This document shows, in pieces, positions 16,321 to 28,676 of a stretch of DNA of 64,000 bases; the stretch's first letter is position 1; every line of letters begins with the position of its first letter. The notes under the pieces were generated by a model. That model saw nothing but the letters and a program-made list of their open reading frames with translations, was not told the DNA's origin and made no database searches. A program made the translations under genes and the position numbers. This DNA comes from Mediterraneibacter gnavus (GTDB lineage: Bacteria > Pseudomonadota > Alphaproteobacteria > RF32 > CAG-239), in assembly GCA_963617265.1 (NCBI GenBank), contig CAVEOB010000002.1, forward strand, positions 5,215 through 69,214, in the 5' to 3' direction.

Positions 16321-17830
16321 CAGACTTTATCCCCTCACGCTGCAAGGCTGATTTGAAAACCGAAAGCATTTTTTCCTGTGTTTCAGTCGACAGCTTCTTA
16401 CGGGCTAAAATATCGGCTACTTCTGCTGAAAATTGCGTTTGCAAAACCTCGCACACAGCTTTTTGCGCTTTCTTATTGTCTTCAGTTGCCAAACCATCAA
16501 ATAAACCAGCGTTAGTCGCCATAAACACGGCAATCTGCTCCGGCGCTGTCAGCGGCTCAAAGCGGCTTTGCTCCAGCACAGCACGAATAGCCCGCCCGCG
16601 GTTGATACGCTTTTTAGTTTCCTTATCCAGCTGGGTGCCGAATTTAGTAAACGATTCCAACTCTTCAAACTGCGAATAAAACAGTTTCAGCGGACCAATC
16701 AAAGTCTTATACGCCGGCAGCTGAGCATCTCCGCCCACGCGGGAAACCGAACGTCCGGTGTCTATCGCCGGCATAATGCCTTTTTGATACAAATTAGCCG
16801 CCAAATAAATCTGTCCGTCGGTAATAGAAATAATATTGGTCGGAATATAAGCCGATATATTTCCGGCTTCAGTCGACACTATCGGCAGCGAAGTCAGCGA
16901 ACCGCCGCCCAATTCTTCGCGCAGATGAGTCGAACGCTCCAGCAAGCGGGAATGAATGTAGAATATATCCCCCGGAAAAGCTTCTCGTCCAGGCGGACGG
17001 CGCAGCAGCAGCGACATTTCACGATAAGCACGGGCGTGGTTGGTCAAATCGTCATAAACCACCAGCACATCTTTGCCTTGCGCCATAAAATATTCGCCGA
17101 TAGATGTCGCCGCATATGGAGCTGCATATTGCATACCCGCCGTATCGTTTGCCGCAGCCGCCACCACGATTGTTTGGTTCATCACGCCGTATTTTTCCAA
17201 GTCGGCGATAACCGAAGCCACTGCGGAGTTACGCTGTCCGATAGCGCAATAAATGCAGATAACGCCGGTTTGCTTTTGATTTATAATCGTATCAACGGCA
17301 ATGGCTGTTTTACCAGTCTGCCTGTCGCCTAAAATAAGCTCGCGCTGTCCACGTCCGATAGGCGTAAACGCGTCAACCGCTTTAATCCCCGTCTGCAATG
17401 GAGTTTGCACCGGCGCTCTATCCATAATCGGATAGGCTTCCATTTCCAAAGCCCGACGCTCGCTGTAGGCTATCGGTCCTTTGCCGTCTAAAGGCTTGCC
17501 CAGCGGATTTATCACCCTGCCCAGCAATCCCTCGCCGACCGGAACGTCCAAAACACGCCCGCTGCGGCGCACTCTGTCGCCTGCTTTCAAACTATCCGGA
17601 CTGTCTAAAAACACCACGCCGACCGCATCTTTTGCCAAAGTCTGCACCATTCCCCACACGCCGTTAGGAAATTCCAGCAGTTCTTCCATTTGTGCCTTAG
17701 CCAAACCTTTTACAATCGCCGTACCGGCAGAAATAGAATGAATAACACTGACTTCCTCTGTTTTTAGCTCCGCTTTGGTTTGAGCAATTCCCTGCTCTAT
17801 GGCGGCAAATGTTTTGTCTGTTTTAATCAT
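16310..17830 (-). CDS. atpA: ATP synthase alpha subunit
   Basis: 506 aa with Walker A GDRQTGKT. Alpha-subunit-like along its whole length. Confidence 0.95.
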   Translation of the reverse strand: MIKTDKTFAAIEQGIAQTKAELKTEEVSVIHSISAGTAIVKGLAKAQMEELLEFPNGVWGMVQTLAKDAVGVVFLDSPDSLKAGDRVRRSGRVLDVPVGEGLLGRVINPLGKPLDGKGPIAYSERRALEMEAYPIMDRAPVQTPLQTGIKAVDAFTPIGRGQRELILGDRQTGKTAIAVDTIINQKQTGVICIYCAIGQRNSAVASVIADLEKYGVMNQTIVVAAAANDTAGMQYAAPYAATSIGEYFMAQGKDVLVVYDDLTNHARAYREMSLLLRRPPGREAFPGDIFYIHSRLLERSTHLREELGGGSLTSLPIVSTEAGNISAYIPTNIISITDGQIYLAANLYQKGIMPAIDTGRSVSRVGGDAQLPAYKTLIGPLKLFYSQFEELESFTKFGTQLDKETKKRINRGRAIRAVLEQSRFEPLTAPEQIAVFMATNAGLFDGLATEDNKKAQKAVCEVLQTQFSAEVADILARKKLSTETQEKMLSVFKSALQREGIKSDDD

Positions 17831-17833
17831 TTT

Positions 17834-18610
17834 CTATCCCCTGTTTATTAACTGCTGTACATCATTTTGCATATTCTTTTGAAACTCGTTCATATATCCC
17901 GCTAGGTTCCAGTCTATCAGCTGCTCATCAGCCTGCAAAGCCACGCCGCAAACCAGCTTTTTATCAACTTCAAATTTGAATTTTGTTTCTTCCGGCAATT
18001 CCAACTGCACCCGCAGAAAATCTTTTATTTTTTGCTTTTGTTCTGCCGAAATTTTTTGCGCCGAACGGACAAACAGCTGTTTTTTATTTTGATAAGCTGC
18101 AGCAAACTCTTGTTTTTTACGAACCGACAAAGCACTTATTTTTTCTTTGAGCTTGTCTATCATCAAATCATTCAGCGAAACATCTGCCATTTGTTTCAAC
18201 GCACCATCAGCAAGCTTGTTGAAATGTTCCAAAATCAAGTTTTGCATAGCCAGTTCAAATGTTTTCTGCTCGCCGGCTAAACGCTGTTTCCATTGGCTTT
18301 TATCAGTTTCAAACTGCGCTTTTGCCTCGTTTGCCAATTTTTCTGCCAAAACAGCGGCTTCCGCACGGGTTTGACTCAAAATATTTTGTTTCTGCGCATC
18401 AATTTCCGCCATTTTCTGCTTGCATTCCGCCTCCAAGCGCAAAGCCTCTTTATGTGAAGAAGCCGTTTTTTTCAGCTCGCGTTCAATAAACTTCTGCCGC
18501 TCGTCAACTGCTTTCAGCACCGGCAAATATAAAAAACGGCGCAGCAAATACAACAGCAGCAGCAGATTAAACATCTGAGCAAAAAATGTAAACAAATCAA
18601 TACTCATCAA
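17834..18610 (-). CDS. atpF: ATP synthase b subunit (long form; no separate delta gene in the operon)
   Basis: 258 aa with one N-terminal TM helix followed by a long charged coiled coil. Its position between atpE and atpA supports the call. Confidence 0.7.
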   Translation of the reverse strand: MMSIDLFTFFAQMFNLLLLLYLLRRFLYLPVLKAVDERQKFIERELKKTASSHKEALRLEAECKQKMAEIDAQKQNILSQTRAEAAVLAEKLANEAKAQFETDKSQWKQRLAGEQKTFELAMQNLILEHFNKLADGALKQMADVSLNDLMIDKLKEKISALSVRKKQEFAAAYQNKKQLFVRSAQKISAEQKQKIKDFLRVQLELPEETKFKFEVDKKLVCGVALQADEQLIDWNLAGYMNEFQKNMQNDVQQLINRG

Positions 18611-18627
18611 CTTTTCCTAAAATATAA

Positions 18628-18903
18628 CTATTGAGCCTGTGCAATTGCATAATTCCAAAACGGATTGGCATACAGCACCAAAAACGCAATCAGCAAAGCA
18701 TACAAAGCCGTGGTTTCCACCATGGCAATTGCCACAAACATTGTGCTGCGGATACGGCTTGCCTCGTCCGGCTGCTGCGCCATTGCCTGCAACGCCGAAG
18801 CCGCCACATGACCTTCGCCCATAGCCGAACCGATACTGCCGATACCCATACACAGGCAAGCACCCAAAACCGAAAACGCCCCAATTAAAGAAATTGCATC
18901 CAT
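18628..18903 (-). CDS. atpE: ATP synthase c subunit with Na+-type ligand set plus an extra helix-1 Glu
   Basis: 91 aa. The helix-1 motif is GEG. The helix-2 motif AMVETTALY aligns with AVAESTGIY of the I. tartaricus Na+ c-ring (E65, S/T66, T67, Y70). Confidence 0.9.
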   Translation of the reverse strand: MDAISLIGAFSVLGACLCMGIGSIGSAMGEGHVAASALQAMAQQPDEASRIRSTMFVAIAMVETTALYALLIAFLVLYANPFWNYAIAQAQ

Positions 18904-19673
18904 TATTGTTCTCCTTTTTCTAAATTTGATAAATTATTTTCCGGCACAATTTCGCCCTGCACGCTCGATGAATAAACCACCGCCAGCAAAGCAAAAATAT
19001 ATGCCTGAATTGAACCGGTTAAAAGTCCCAAACCCTGCATGCTCAGCGGAGCAATCAGCGGAATAAAAGCGCTTAAAATGCTCACAAACATAACCCCGCT
19101 CAGCATATTGCCGAACAAACGCAGACCCATGGCAAAGCTCGAGAAAAACTCACTAAAAATATTCATCGGCAGCATCAGCGGTATTGGGTCGATAAATTTC
19201 TTCAAATATCCCTTTAAGCCGGCGTTTTTAACCGAAAAATACGGTATTGCCAAAAATACAACCGCTGCCAAAGCCATAGTGGTGCTGATAGACGCCGTCG
19301 GTGCGCGGAACCACGGAATAACCGTCAGCAAATTGCAGACCAAAATAAAGCAGAACAGCCCCATGGCTAGACCTAAATATTGATTCGTTTTTGAGCCGCT
19401 TATTTCATTTGCCTCTTTTTGCAGCCACAGCACCAGCGCTTCCAGCGCCACTTGCAGCCGCGAAGCCTTACGCTCGTATGACAGATTGCGGGTGGCTAAA
19501 CGGCAGCATAAAACTATCAAAGCAATCACCAGCCAGCTGTTGAAAATTGTCACATTTATTCCGATATCGCCGATTTTAAACAGGATTATTTTGTCATAGC
19601 TATCCAGCCCGATTTGCCGTCCGGCAAGCGGAAGATCCCACCAACGCGAAAAGTCAAAATCAAACAGCGCCAT
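18903..19673 (-). CDS. atpB: ATP synthase a subunit
   Basis: Polytopic membrane protein containing the LRLFGNM motif. The ORF track starts at TTG 19703. I prefer ATG 19673 (MALFDFDF), which lies about 10 nt after GAGGAG. Confidence 0.85.
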   Translation of the reverse strand: MALFDFDFSRWWDLPLAGRQIGLDSYDKIILFKIGDIGINVTIFNSWLVIALIVLCCRLATRNLSYERKASRLQVALEALVLWLQKEANEISGSKTNQYLGLAMGLFCFILVCNLLTVIPWFRAPTASISTTMALAAVVFLAIPYFSVKNAGLKGYLKKFIDPIPLMLPMNIFSEFFSSFAMGLRLFGNMLSGVMFVSILSAFIPLIAPLSMQGLGLLTGSIQAYIFALLAVVYSSSVQGEIVPENNLSNLEKGEQ

Positions 19674-20007
19674 TGTTTTTTTGCTCCTCGTCAAATTTAA
19701 CAATCCGTCCTTTTTCGTGTATCACTATTATCATTTTAGTAACGAAAAAAACTAAAACATATAGCAAAACCACCACCGGATTGCGCTGCGCTATCAGCAC
19801 CAACACGCCGAAAAACAGCAAAATACGCATCAAAGCCACGCTTGCAAATAAACGCACTTTATGCTTGACGGCGCTTAAATGATTCAAACTCCAGCGCAGG
19901 CTCTGAAAATAAACCACGCCGACCAACGCTCCGCAAATCGGCGCCGCCAGCATCTGCCACAGCGCCATTTGCCGCCACATCTGCCACAAATAAGAATCAG
20001 CGTCCAT
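19660..20007 (-). CDS. atpR: N-ATPase accessory membrane protein AtpR
   Basis: 115 aa with three hydrophobic helices. Its position between atpQ and atpB is as in N-type ATPase operons. Confidence 0.6.
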   Translation of the reverse strand: MDADSYLWQMWRQMALWQMLAAPICGALVGVVYFQSLRWSLNHLSAVKHKVRLFASVALMRILLFFGVLVLIAQRNPVVVLLYVLVFFVTKMIIVIHEKGRIVKFDEEQKNNGAV

Positions 20008-20347
20008 TTTTTTCTCCTTGTTTTAAGCTTTCGACTGTTCTTTGCTCATTCTTTTCTATTTTCGCCTCTTCATTTTTTATCCAATAACAAGCGTTGACCA
20101 AACCCCAAACAAAGCCTAAAAACAACAAACTCAAACGCCAAGAAAAATCAGCCGGAAAATGCTCGTCCAGCCAACCGCCGCAGAAAACTCCCAGCAAAAT
20201 CGGCACAATAATCACCCCGCCCAGCGAAGCTATCATGCCAAAATTAGCATTCCAGCGCTGTTGTCTGCGGTTTTTAAGTTGCTGAGCCTTTTTAATTAGC
20301 GTGTTGCGGATTTCTTTTTCTGCCGTATCGTCAAAATCATCAGCCAT
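19997..20347 (-). CDS. atpQ: N-ATPase accessory membrane protein AtpQ (AtpZ/AtpI-like)
   Basis: A start at ATG 20347 (MADDFDD), 6 nt after AAGGAG, gives about 116 aa with two TM helices. The track ORF starting at 20389 overlaps atpC by 50 nt. Confidence 0.6.
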   Translation of the reverse strand: MADDFDDTAEKEIRNTLIKKAQQLKNRRQQRWNANFGMIASLGGVIIVPILLGVFCGGWLDEHFPADFSWRLSLLFLGFVWGLVNACYWIKNEEAKIEKNEQRTVESLKQGEKNGR

Positions 20348-20734
20348 TTTCATCTCCTTTGAGTTTGCCGAACCCGCGCACCAAGCCAAGCTCCAAACGA
20401 GCCATTGCTAAATTAAGCTCTTTGCGGCGCTCTTCATTTTCTTTAAAATCATTTCTGATAACCAGCGAAAGAGTGTCCAGCGATTTGCTGATTACGGCAT
20501 TTTGCACGCTCATAGTCACGTTCTGTCCTTTTTTGACCACAATTCCGCGGTGACAAGCCACATAACTTTCAGCATTATTTTCATCGGTATATCGCACTAT
20601 ATTCGGTTTCATCGCCGCCACAAAATCCACATGTTTCGGCATCAGTGTATAAAAGCCGTTCAACGTTTCAAACGTGACTTTCAGCGCTTTTGTCTGCAAA
20701 ACCGTCCCCAAAGGCGAACAAACCGTCAGCTGCA

Positions 20735-20735
<1 letters not shown>
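20340..20735 (-). CDS. atpC: ATP synthase epsilon subunit
   Basis: 131 aa. Size, beta-sandwich-like N-terminus and position directly after atpD support the call. Confidence 0.8.
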
Positions 20736-22198
<1,463 letters not shown>

Positions 22199-22286
22199 TT
22201 ACAGGCATTTCATCTTTTCAAAATAGCAAAATAAAGATTAACTTTGTCTTAATCCAAAGTCTATACATACCAAAGTTATAAAAAAT

Positions 22287-23705
22287 CTATTTATCGCGGC
22301 GTCTAAACAAAGTGTCATACACTTCCTGACGGTACATAGAGAATAAAATCTGCGGCATAATAGCATATTGCGGACGATTCTCTTTTTTCTTCTTTTTAAA
22401 TTCCTCATAATACACATATTTCGGTTTTGTTTTGATTATGATTTTGTTTATATCAAAAGGTTCTGCATAGTGAAAATATTTTTCGTCCAGCCGTCCCATA
22501 TAACTCCATGAGAACCAATAATAGTGCGCGTCTTTATTGAAAACGCCGAAAGGAATACCTGAAATACCCAAAACCACATCATCTGAAGTAGTGTTTTGAG
22601 AAATATGCGTTACTATTCCGAGTACGGAAAATGTATCAATTTCATCAGGTTCAATCCCTTCAAACAGCCAAAATTTGCCGCATCCCAGCAGCATAAACAG
22701 CATAATAATCCACGCCGTCCATTTTTTCACTTCATAAAACTTGGCGCAAACCAATGCTATCAGCACGGCATTATACAGAATCAAAATCTTAAAGTAGTAC
22801 ATCCAAATCGAAATGTAGGTAGTGCGCAGCAGCAGCTCCACACCATACATCACCAGCAGGCACAGCACATACTTATTCTGCTTGTTCATCAGCAAATAAA
22901 TAGCCGAAGCAACGCCAAAGCAAAGTATTCCGTACAAATCGCTGAAATCCTTTATACGCGTATCCCATATATCTTCTAAAATATGCGAATTAAGCAGCCA
23001 GTTTGTTTCAAAATAACGCTGTGCATTGCCGCAAATCAGCAAATATACGCCAAACAGCACCAGCGGCACCAAACCAAAAGGCAGCGCCTTTAAAATATTT
23101 TTCCAGCCGATTTGCTTTTTAACCAGCAGATAAATTCCGCATAAGCCTAGCGGGAAAAGCAAAAAGATAATAGTTTGCAAAAACAAAAAACCTACGCCCC
23201 AGCTCAAAAATGCCAAATTCAAATACTTTTGTTTGTTATTTTTCCAAAACGCAAAAAACAAATACAATCCAACAAAAAAGAACAAATGCATAAAAGTATC
23301 CGGCTTAAATTGCACCATAGCATCAAGCGCAATATTGCTGAAACAAAACAGATTAACGGCAATCAATGCGGCAATTTTATTGCCCCAAAAATCTTTTACT
23401 AAACGATAAACCGCATAAAGCACTGCCAGCGAAACCAACGCCATAACACAGCGAATAACTAAAAATACTAAAACATTGCCGCTGAAAAGTCCGGTTAACG
23501 GCGCAAAAAGATACCACATCAAAGGGTGATGATGTTCAAAAAAATCAGTATAAGGAATTAAGCCCTGCCAAACCAGCCAAGAAGCGTGAATGTGCTCCAA
23601 ATCATCGCCGACGGCGCGGCGGCTGATAAAAATAGACGCAAACAAATATATAACATTTATGGCTATAAATACCCATAGCACACGGCTTAATGTTTTTTCT
23701 TTCAT
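22287..23705 (-). CDS. Polytopic membrane glycosyltransferase-like protein (ArnT/PMT-like, tentative)
   Basis: About 472 aa from ATG 23705, which forms an ATGA overlap with the lnt stop. It has at least 10 hydrophobic helices and an N-terminal loop with DDLEHIHASW as in GT39/GT83-type enzymes. The family is not verified. Confidence 0.45.
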   Translation of the reverse strand: MKEKTLSRVLWVFIAINVIYLFASIFISRRAVGDDLEHIHASWLVWQGLIPYTDFFEHHHPLMWYLFAPLTGLFSGNVLVFLVIRCVMALVSLAVLYAVYRLVKDFWGNKIAALIAVNLFCFSNIALDAMVQFKPDTFMHLFFFVGLYLFFAFWKNNKQKYLNLAFLSWGVGFLFLQTIIFLLFPLGLCGIYLLVKKQIGWKNILKALPFGLVPLVLFGVYLLICGNAQRYFETNWLLNSHILEDIWDTRIKDFSDLYGILCFGVASAIYLLMNKQNKYVLCLLVMYGVELLLRTTYISIWMYYFKILILYNAVLIALVCAKFYEVKKWTAWIIMLFMLLGCGKFWLFEGIEPDEIDTFSVLGIVTHISQNTTSDDVVLGISGIPFGVFNKDAHYYWFSWSYMGRLDEKYFHYAEPFDINKIIIKTKPKYVYYEEFKKKKKENRPQYAIMPQILFSMYRQEVYDTLFRRRDK

Positions 23706-25282
23706 ACCTGATTCCTTTTTACAATTCCCCAATATTTATTTATAACGGCAGCCAGCAGCACCAGCAAACCAGCTAAGCAAAGCGGCGCTAAGTTGCCGTA
23801 TTTTCCAAACAGCGTGTCATGCGACATACTGATTTTAACCGTATCATCAATATAGCCACGTTCCGACAAACCGATTTGCGAAGTGATTATTCCATACGGA
23901 TTTATTACAGCGCTGATACCGCTGTTGGCGCTGCGGACAATCGAAATTCCTTCTTCCACCGCCCGCATCTGCGCGGCAACCAAATGCTGATATGGTCCGG
24001 CGCTGATACCGTACCAGCCGTCATTAGTCAGCACCACCGCCCATTTCGGCTTATTATGTTTACGTACAATTTGACCGGAAAAAATAACTTCATAGCAAAT
24101 CAGCGGCGCAAATTCCGCATAGCCGTCCAGCTTTATGGTCTGATACTTTTCCCCTTTGGCAAACTGTCCCACCATATTAGTCAGCGGCTTCACCCATTTT
24201 GGAAGATACTGCCGAAGCGGGATATATTCGCCGAACGGAACTAAATGGTTTTTACTGTAAATACCATGAATTTGCCCAAAATAATCCATTGCCGCCAAAG
24301 AGTTATATAATAAATAGTCGCCAGTGTTTTGCTCATATCCGTCCTGCAGCATTCCCGCCAGCAAATAACCTTTGGGCGGCACCGCTTCCTGCGCCATGAC
24401 CCGATGTTCTAAATCATAAGCCAAGTTAAACGGCGAGGCGGTTTCTCCCCAAATTACAAAATCAATATTTTCCAACCCCTCGGCGCGGCTTAAATCCACA
24501 TATTGAGCAAAATTTTTTTCTACCGCATCTCGGCTCCATTTCATAGTTTGCGGAATGCTCGGCTGTACCAAACGCACCTGGATTTGCTCTCCAACGTTTA
24601 ATTTACCCCATTGCACTAAAGCAAAATCGCCGTATATATATAGCCCCAAAAACAGCAGCAAAGAACAAAACGGCGCCCAGATATTGCGCTTGTTTGGATT
24701 CAGCAGCCAAACCGCCGGTAACGCTGCCATAATTACAATCAGCATTGATAAGCCGTAAGTTCCCCACCAAACCAAAGTTTGCAGCCATAAGGGATTGAAA
24801 GCCAATACCGAACTGAGCGGATTCCACGGAAAGCCGGTTAAAAACACACTGCGCAGCCATTCGGTGCTTAAAAACCAGCCGGCAGCCAGCAATAAAATTT
24901 TGCTGAACATAGTTTTGCCGAATTTCATTACCGCAAACGGGAAAATTGTAAACAAGCCGAAAAATCCGCCGCCCAAAAGCAATACAAAAGGATAGAGCCA
25001 GCCGGTTTTCGCCGCGTCTATCAAAAGCGCGTTTCCGACCCAATAAAATCCGGCGGAAAAATACCCGAAACCAAACCAATACCCAATAGCCGACAAACGT
25101 TTCACGGAGCTTTGTTTTTGACTCAATGCGAACACGCCGCAAAAAGCAGCATACACCGCCCAAGTATGATAAAACGGAGGCAAAGCGGCAACCAGCAGCA
25201 AACCAAACAGCAGCGCCGAGGTTTTATATCTCCGCGCTGCCGTTTCGCAAATTTTCTGCCATATTGCCTTTAATTTTGCCAC
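23702..25282 (-). CDS. lnt: Apolipoprotein N-acyltransferase
   Basis: 526 aa with an N-terminal polytopic domain and a C-terminal CN-hydrolase domain (ICYEVIF). It sits downstream of ybeY as in many proteobacteria. Confidence 0.9.
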   Translation of the reverse strand: MAKLKAIWQKICETAARRYKTSALLFGLLLVAALPPFYHTWAVYAAFCGVFALSQKQSSVKRLSAIGYWFGFGYFSAGFYWVGNALLIDAAKTGWLYPFVLLLGGGFFGLFTIFPFAVMKFGKTMFSKILLLAAGWFLSTEWLRSVFLTGFPWNPLSSVLAFNPLWLQTLVWWGTYGLSMLIVIMAALPAVWLLNPNKRNIWAPFCSLLLFLGLYIYGDFALVQWGKLNVGEQIQVRLVQPSIPQTMKWSRDAVEKNFAQYVDLSRAEGLENIDFVIWGETASPFNLAYDLEHRVMAQEAVPPKGYLLAGMLQDGYEQNTGDYLLYNSLAAMDYFGQIHGIYSKNHLVPFGEYIPLRQYLPKWVKPLTNMVGQFAKGEKYQTIKLDGYAEFAPLICYEVIFSGQIVRKHNKPKWAVVLTNDGWYGISAGPYQHLVAAQMRAVEEGISIVRSANSGISAVINPYGIITSQIGLSERGYIDDTVKISMSHDTLFGKYGNLAPLCLAGLLVLLAAVINKYWGIVKRNQV

Positions 25283-25804
25283 TTAGTCTTCCTTATATGG
25301 ATTCACAATGCCCATAGACTGCAAAATATCAATTTCAAAGCCTTCCATATATTCGGCTTCTTCATCTGTTTGATGGTCAAAACCCAGCAAATGCAGCAAA
25401 CCGTGCGCCAACAAATGGCAATAATGGTCATGCAGTGAAATCCCTTCAATATCAGCTTCTTTCTGCATAGTTTCAAAAGCAATAATGATATCACCGAGTT
25501 CAATTTCCTGATACAAATCCCGCTCTTGCGCAAAGCCTTCAAAATCCACATTGGCAAAAGACAAAACGTTTGTCGGCTTATCCATACCGCGAAACTCTTT
25601 ATTGAGAGCATGCACACGCTCATCATTGCTCAGGCACACATTAACGATAATCGGTAAACCTGCATGCAAAACTTCAGATTCGGTATGTTCCGCCACATAG
25701 TCGAACACAGCGTTTTTTACTTCTTCCGACACTTTTTCTATTTGAGAAACCGCCGAACTCCAGCGACTATCTTCAACATCAAGATTTAAAAAACTGTCAA
25801 TCAT
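25283..25804 (-). CDS. ybeY: rRNA maturation endoribonuclease YbeY
   Basis: Contains the HLLAHGLLHLLGFDH zinc motif. I prefer the start at ATG 25804 (MIDSF), which overlaps the phoH stop (CATGATTGA). The longer track ORF runs into phoH. Confidence 0.9.
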   Translation of the reverse strand: MIDSFLNLDVEDSRWSSAVSQIEKVSEEVKNAVFDYVAEHTESEVLHAGLPIIVNVCLSNDERVHALNKEFRGMDKPTNVLSFANVDFEGFAQERDLYQEIELGDIIIAFETMQKEADIEGISLHDHYCHLLAHGLLHLLGFDHQTDEEAEYMEGFEIDILQSMGIVNPYKED

Positions 25805-26765
25805 GTTCTTCTTGCATCTTTTTGCTTTTTTCTTCATACGCCTGAACGATTTTAGCCACCAAGCCATGACGCACCACATCGTTGGAACTGAATGTCACTG
25901 ATGAAATGTTCGGAACATTGCGCAAAGTATCCAAAGCGTCGCGCAAACCGGAAATCACGCCGCGCGGCAAGTCTACCTGACTCAAGTCGCCGTTAACAAC
26001 CATGCGGGAGTTTTCACCCAAACGGGTTAAAAACATTTTCATTTGCATCGGCGTGGTATTTTGCGCCTCGTCCAAAATCACAAATGAATTAGCCAAAGTA
26101 CGCCCGCGCATAAATGCCAGCGGAGCGATTTCAATTTCGCCGAGAGCCAATTTTTTATCCACCTGCTCAGCCGGCAGCATTTCATACAAAGCGTCATACA
26201 GCGGGCGCAGATACGGATCCACTTTTTCTTTCAAATCCCCAGGTAAGAAGCCCAAGTTTTCGCCAGCTTCCACTGCCGGACGCGACAAAATGATTTTATC
26301 TATTGTTCCTTCCAGCATCATAGAAACCGCCAGCGCCACCGCCAAATAAGTTTTACCAGTACCAGCAGGACCCAATCCGAATACCAGCTCGTTTTTCATC
26401 ATTTCCTGAATATATTTAGCTTGGGTAGCCGAACGCGGATAAATATAGCGTTTTTTAGTTTTCAAAACAATATCGTTTAAGTTCTGCTTATCATCTTCGG
26501 TATGGCATTCTCCGCTCATACGCACTGCAGCTTTAACTTCCTGCTCGCCAATTTCAACACCGCGGCTTACCTTATTATAAAGCAGCTCAATCGCATTTTT
26601 GGCGCTTTCCACATCACTGGCAGCTCCTTTAACCGTAATTTGATTGCCAAAGCTCAAAATTTCGACATTCAGCATTTTTTCAATCAGACGCAGATTAGAA
26701 TCTGCCGCCCCCACCAGCTGTTGCACAAGTTGATTGTTAAACAGTTCAAAACAAATCTCAGCCAT
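25797..26765 (-). CDS. phoH: PhoH-like ATPase (YbeZ)
   Basis: 322 aa with Walker A GPAGTGKT. The miaB-phoH-ybeY synteny supports the call. Confidence 0.9.
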   Translation of the reverse strand: MAEICFELFNNQLVQQLVGAADSNLRLIEKMLNVEILSFGNQITVKGAASDVESAKNAIELLYNKVSRGVEIGEQEVKAAVRMSGECHTEDDKQNLNDIVLKTKKRYIYPRSATQAKYIQEMMKNELVFGLGPAGTGKTYLAVALAVSMMLEGTIDKIILSRPAVEAGENLGFLPGDLKEKVDPYLRPLYDALYEMLPAEQVDKKLALGEIEIAPLAFMRGRTLANSFVILDEAQNTTPMQMKMFLTRLGENSRMVVNGDLSQVDLPRGVISGLRDALDTLRNVPNISSVTFSSNDVVRHGLVAKIVQAYEEKSKKMQEEHD

Positions 26766-26767
26766 GG

Positions 26768-28102
26768 TTAAATCTCCTTTCCGCTTAAAGAGTTTGTGGT
26801 AGCTTCTGTAACTTCCACATCTATAATTTTGTTTATATTATCACTTTCCGTTTCAATATGCAAGTTCTGCATATACGGAGTGCGCCCTATCAGCTGCCCT
26901 TTATGGCGACCTTTTTGCTCAAACAACACCGGCATAACTTTGCCGACGCAGGATTTATTAAACGCCTCTTGATAAGAAAACAGCAAGGTCTGTAAAATAT
27001 TCAAACGTTCTTTTTTAACTTTTTCTTCTACCTGATTAGGCATAATCGCCGCCGGAGTTCCGGCTCTGCGGCTGTATTTGAAAGAAAACGCCTGAATATA
27101 CTTCACTTTGTTTACCACATCTAAAGTTGCCTGAAAGTCCTCATCTGTTTCCCCTGGAAAACCGACAATAAAATCAGATGACATCCGCAAGTCCGGATTA
27201 GCTTCCTGCAATTTTTCTACGATTAGCAAATAGTCGCCGGAAGTGTGGCGGCGGTTCATCGCTTTCAAAATTTTATCCGAACCGGATTGAATCGGCAAAT
27301 GCAGATACGGCATCAAAACTTTCAAATCACGGTGGCAGGCAATCAAGTCATCATTCACATCAGCCGGATATGAAGTGGTATAGCGCAAACGCTTTAAGCC
27401 GTCCAGTTCAGCCACGCGCCGCAGCAAATACGCCAAATCACGCTCTTTGCCGTTTTCATCTTCGCCGTGGTAAGAGTTTACGTTCTGTCCCAGCAAATTC
27501 AATTCCAAAGTACCAGTGGAAATCAAACGCTTTGCCTCTTTTAAAATTTCGGCAACCGGACGGGAATATTCGGCGCCGCGGGTATACGGCACCACACAAT
27601 ATGTGCAAAAATTGTTACAGCCTTCCTGCACTGCCAAATATGAGCAGACGCCTTGCGCTTTATTTTCCGGTAAAAAGTCAAACTTGCTGTCGGCAGAAAA
27701 TTCGGTATCCACCAAACCGGCGTGACCTTTTTTCCGTTCAATATCTTTCAGCATCTGCGGAATTTTATAATACATCTGCGGACCAACAGCAAAATCCACA
27801 AACGGCGCGCGTTTTACAATTTGCTCGTCTTCTGCCTGCACCACGCAGCCGGCAACGCCGATAACGGTCTTTTTGCCGCTTTCCAAGCGCTCTTCGGCAA
27901 TTTCGCGGGCGCGCCCCAAATCCGAAAATAATTTTTCGGCAGCTTTTTCGCGGATATGGCAGGTATTGAACAGCACTAAATCGGCGTCTTCTTGCTTTTT
28001 AGCCTCTTCATAGCCTTCATTTTTCAGCATATCGGCAATCCGTGATGAATCATACACGTTCATTTGGCAGCCGAAAGTTTTTATAAAATATTTCTTAGAC
28101 AC
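26768..28102 (-). CDS. miaB: tRNA-i6A37 methylthiotransferase
   Basis: 444 aa. The N-terminus is FIKTFGCQMNVYDS, the radical-SAM motif is CNNFCTYC, and the C-terminus is TRAM-like. Confidence 0.95.
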   Translation of the reverse strand: MSKKYFIKTFGCQMNVYDSSRIADMLKNEGYEEAKKQEDADLVLFNTCHIREKAAEKLFSDLGRAREIAEERLESGKKTVIGVAGCVVQAEDEQIVKRAPFVDFAVGPQMYYKIPQMLKDIERKKGHAGLVDTEFSADSKFDFLPENKAQGVCSYLAVQEGCNNFCTYCVVPYTRGAEYSRPVAEILKEAKRLISTGTLELNLLGQNVNSYHGEDENGKERDLAYLLRRVAELDGLKRLRYTTSYPADVNDDLIACHRDLKVLMPYLHLPIQSGSDKILKAMNRRHTSGDYLLIVEKLQEANPDLRMSSDFIVGFPGETDEDFQATLDVVNKVKYIQAFSFKYSRRAGTPAAIMPNQVEEKVKKERLNILQTLLFSYQEAFNKSCVGKVMPVLFEQKGRHKGQLIGRTPYMQNLHIETESDNINKIIDVEVTEATTNSLSGKEI

Positions 28103-28235
28103 ATCGTCTCCGTAAATTTGTTATAACATAGCCCTATTATGTACGCCAAAGTTTAATTTTTTACAAATACTTTTTTATTGAAAAATTAAGAGATTTTCGC
28201 TAAAATACGGTTCAGTTTAATAAAGGAGAGCCCTT

Positions 28236-28676
28236 ATGGACGGCATTAGAGATATTTTACCATCATATTTAGATTCCGCTTCCATGGAAGAAAAGCGCAT
28301 ATTTTTTGAAGCGCTGGTCGCAGTAGCCTGCGCCGATGACAACTTTAACAGCGATGAATTAAAATTCATCACCGAAGCTGCCGTTTCTCACGGAATTGAA
28401 AATATATCAGAAATAATTGACGGTCAGGACACCGAAAAAGTTATAAAAGACGCGGCTAAAATCAAAAATCGTCATTTAGCTTTGGAATTAGTGCGTGAAA
28501 TGTGTATGCTTTCGCATGTTGACAATGTGCTGTCCGACAACGAAACTCTGATAATCGGTAAAATCGGCTTGGCTATGGGAGTTGAGCTTGAAAAAATCGA
28601 GCAGATAAGCAACTGGATTATTGACCATATTATTTGGCTGGAACAAGCTAAAATAATTTTTGAGGAAAAAGACTAA
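28236..28676 (+). CDS. TerB-like domain protein (tentative)
   Basis: 146 aa. The block FFEALVAVACADDNFNSDELKFI, plus a second helix pair (MCMLSHVDNVLSDNETLII), fits the TerB/DjlA-N helical repeat pattern. Confidence 0.45.
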   Translation: MDGIRDILPSYLDSASMEEKRIFFEALVAVACADDNFNSDELKFITEAAVSHGIENISEIIDGQDTEKVIKDAAKIKNRHLALELVREMCMLSHVDNVLSDNETLIIGKIGLAMGVELEKIEQISNWIIDHIIWLEQAKIIFEEKD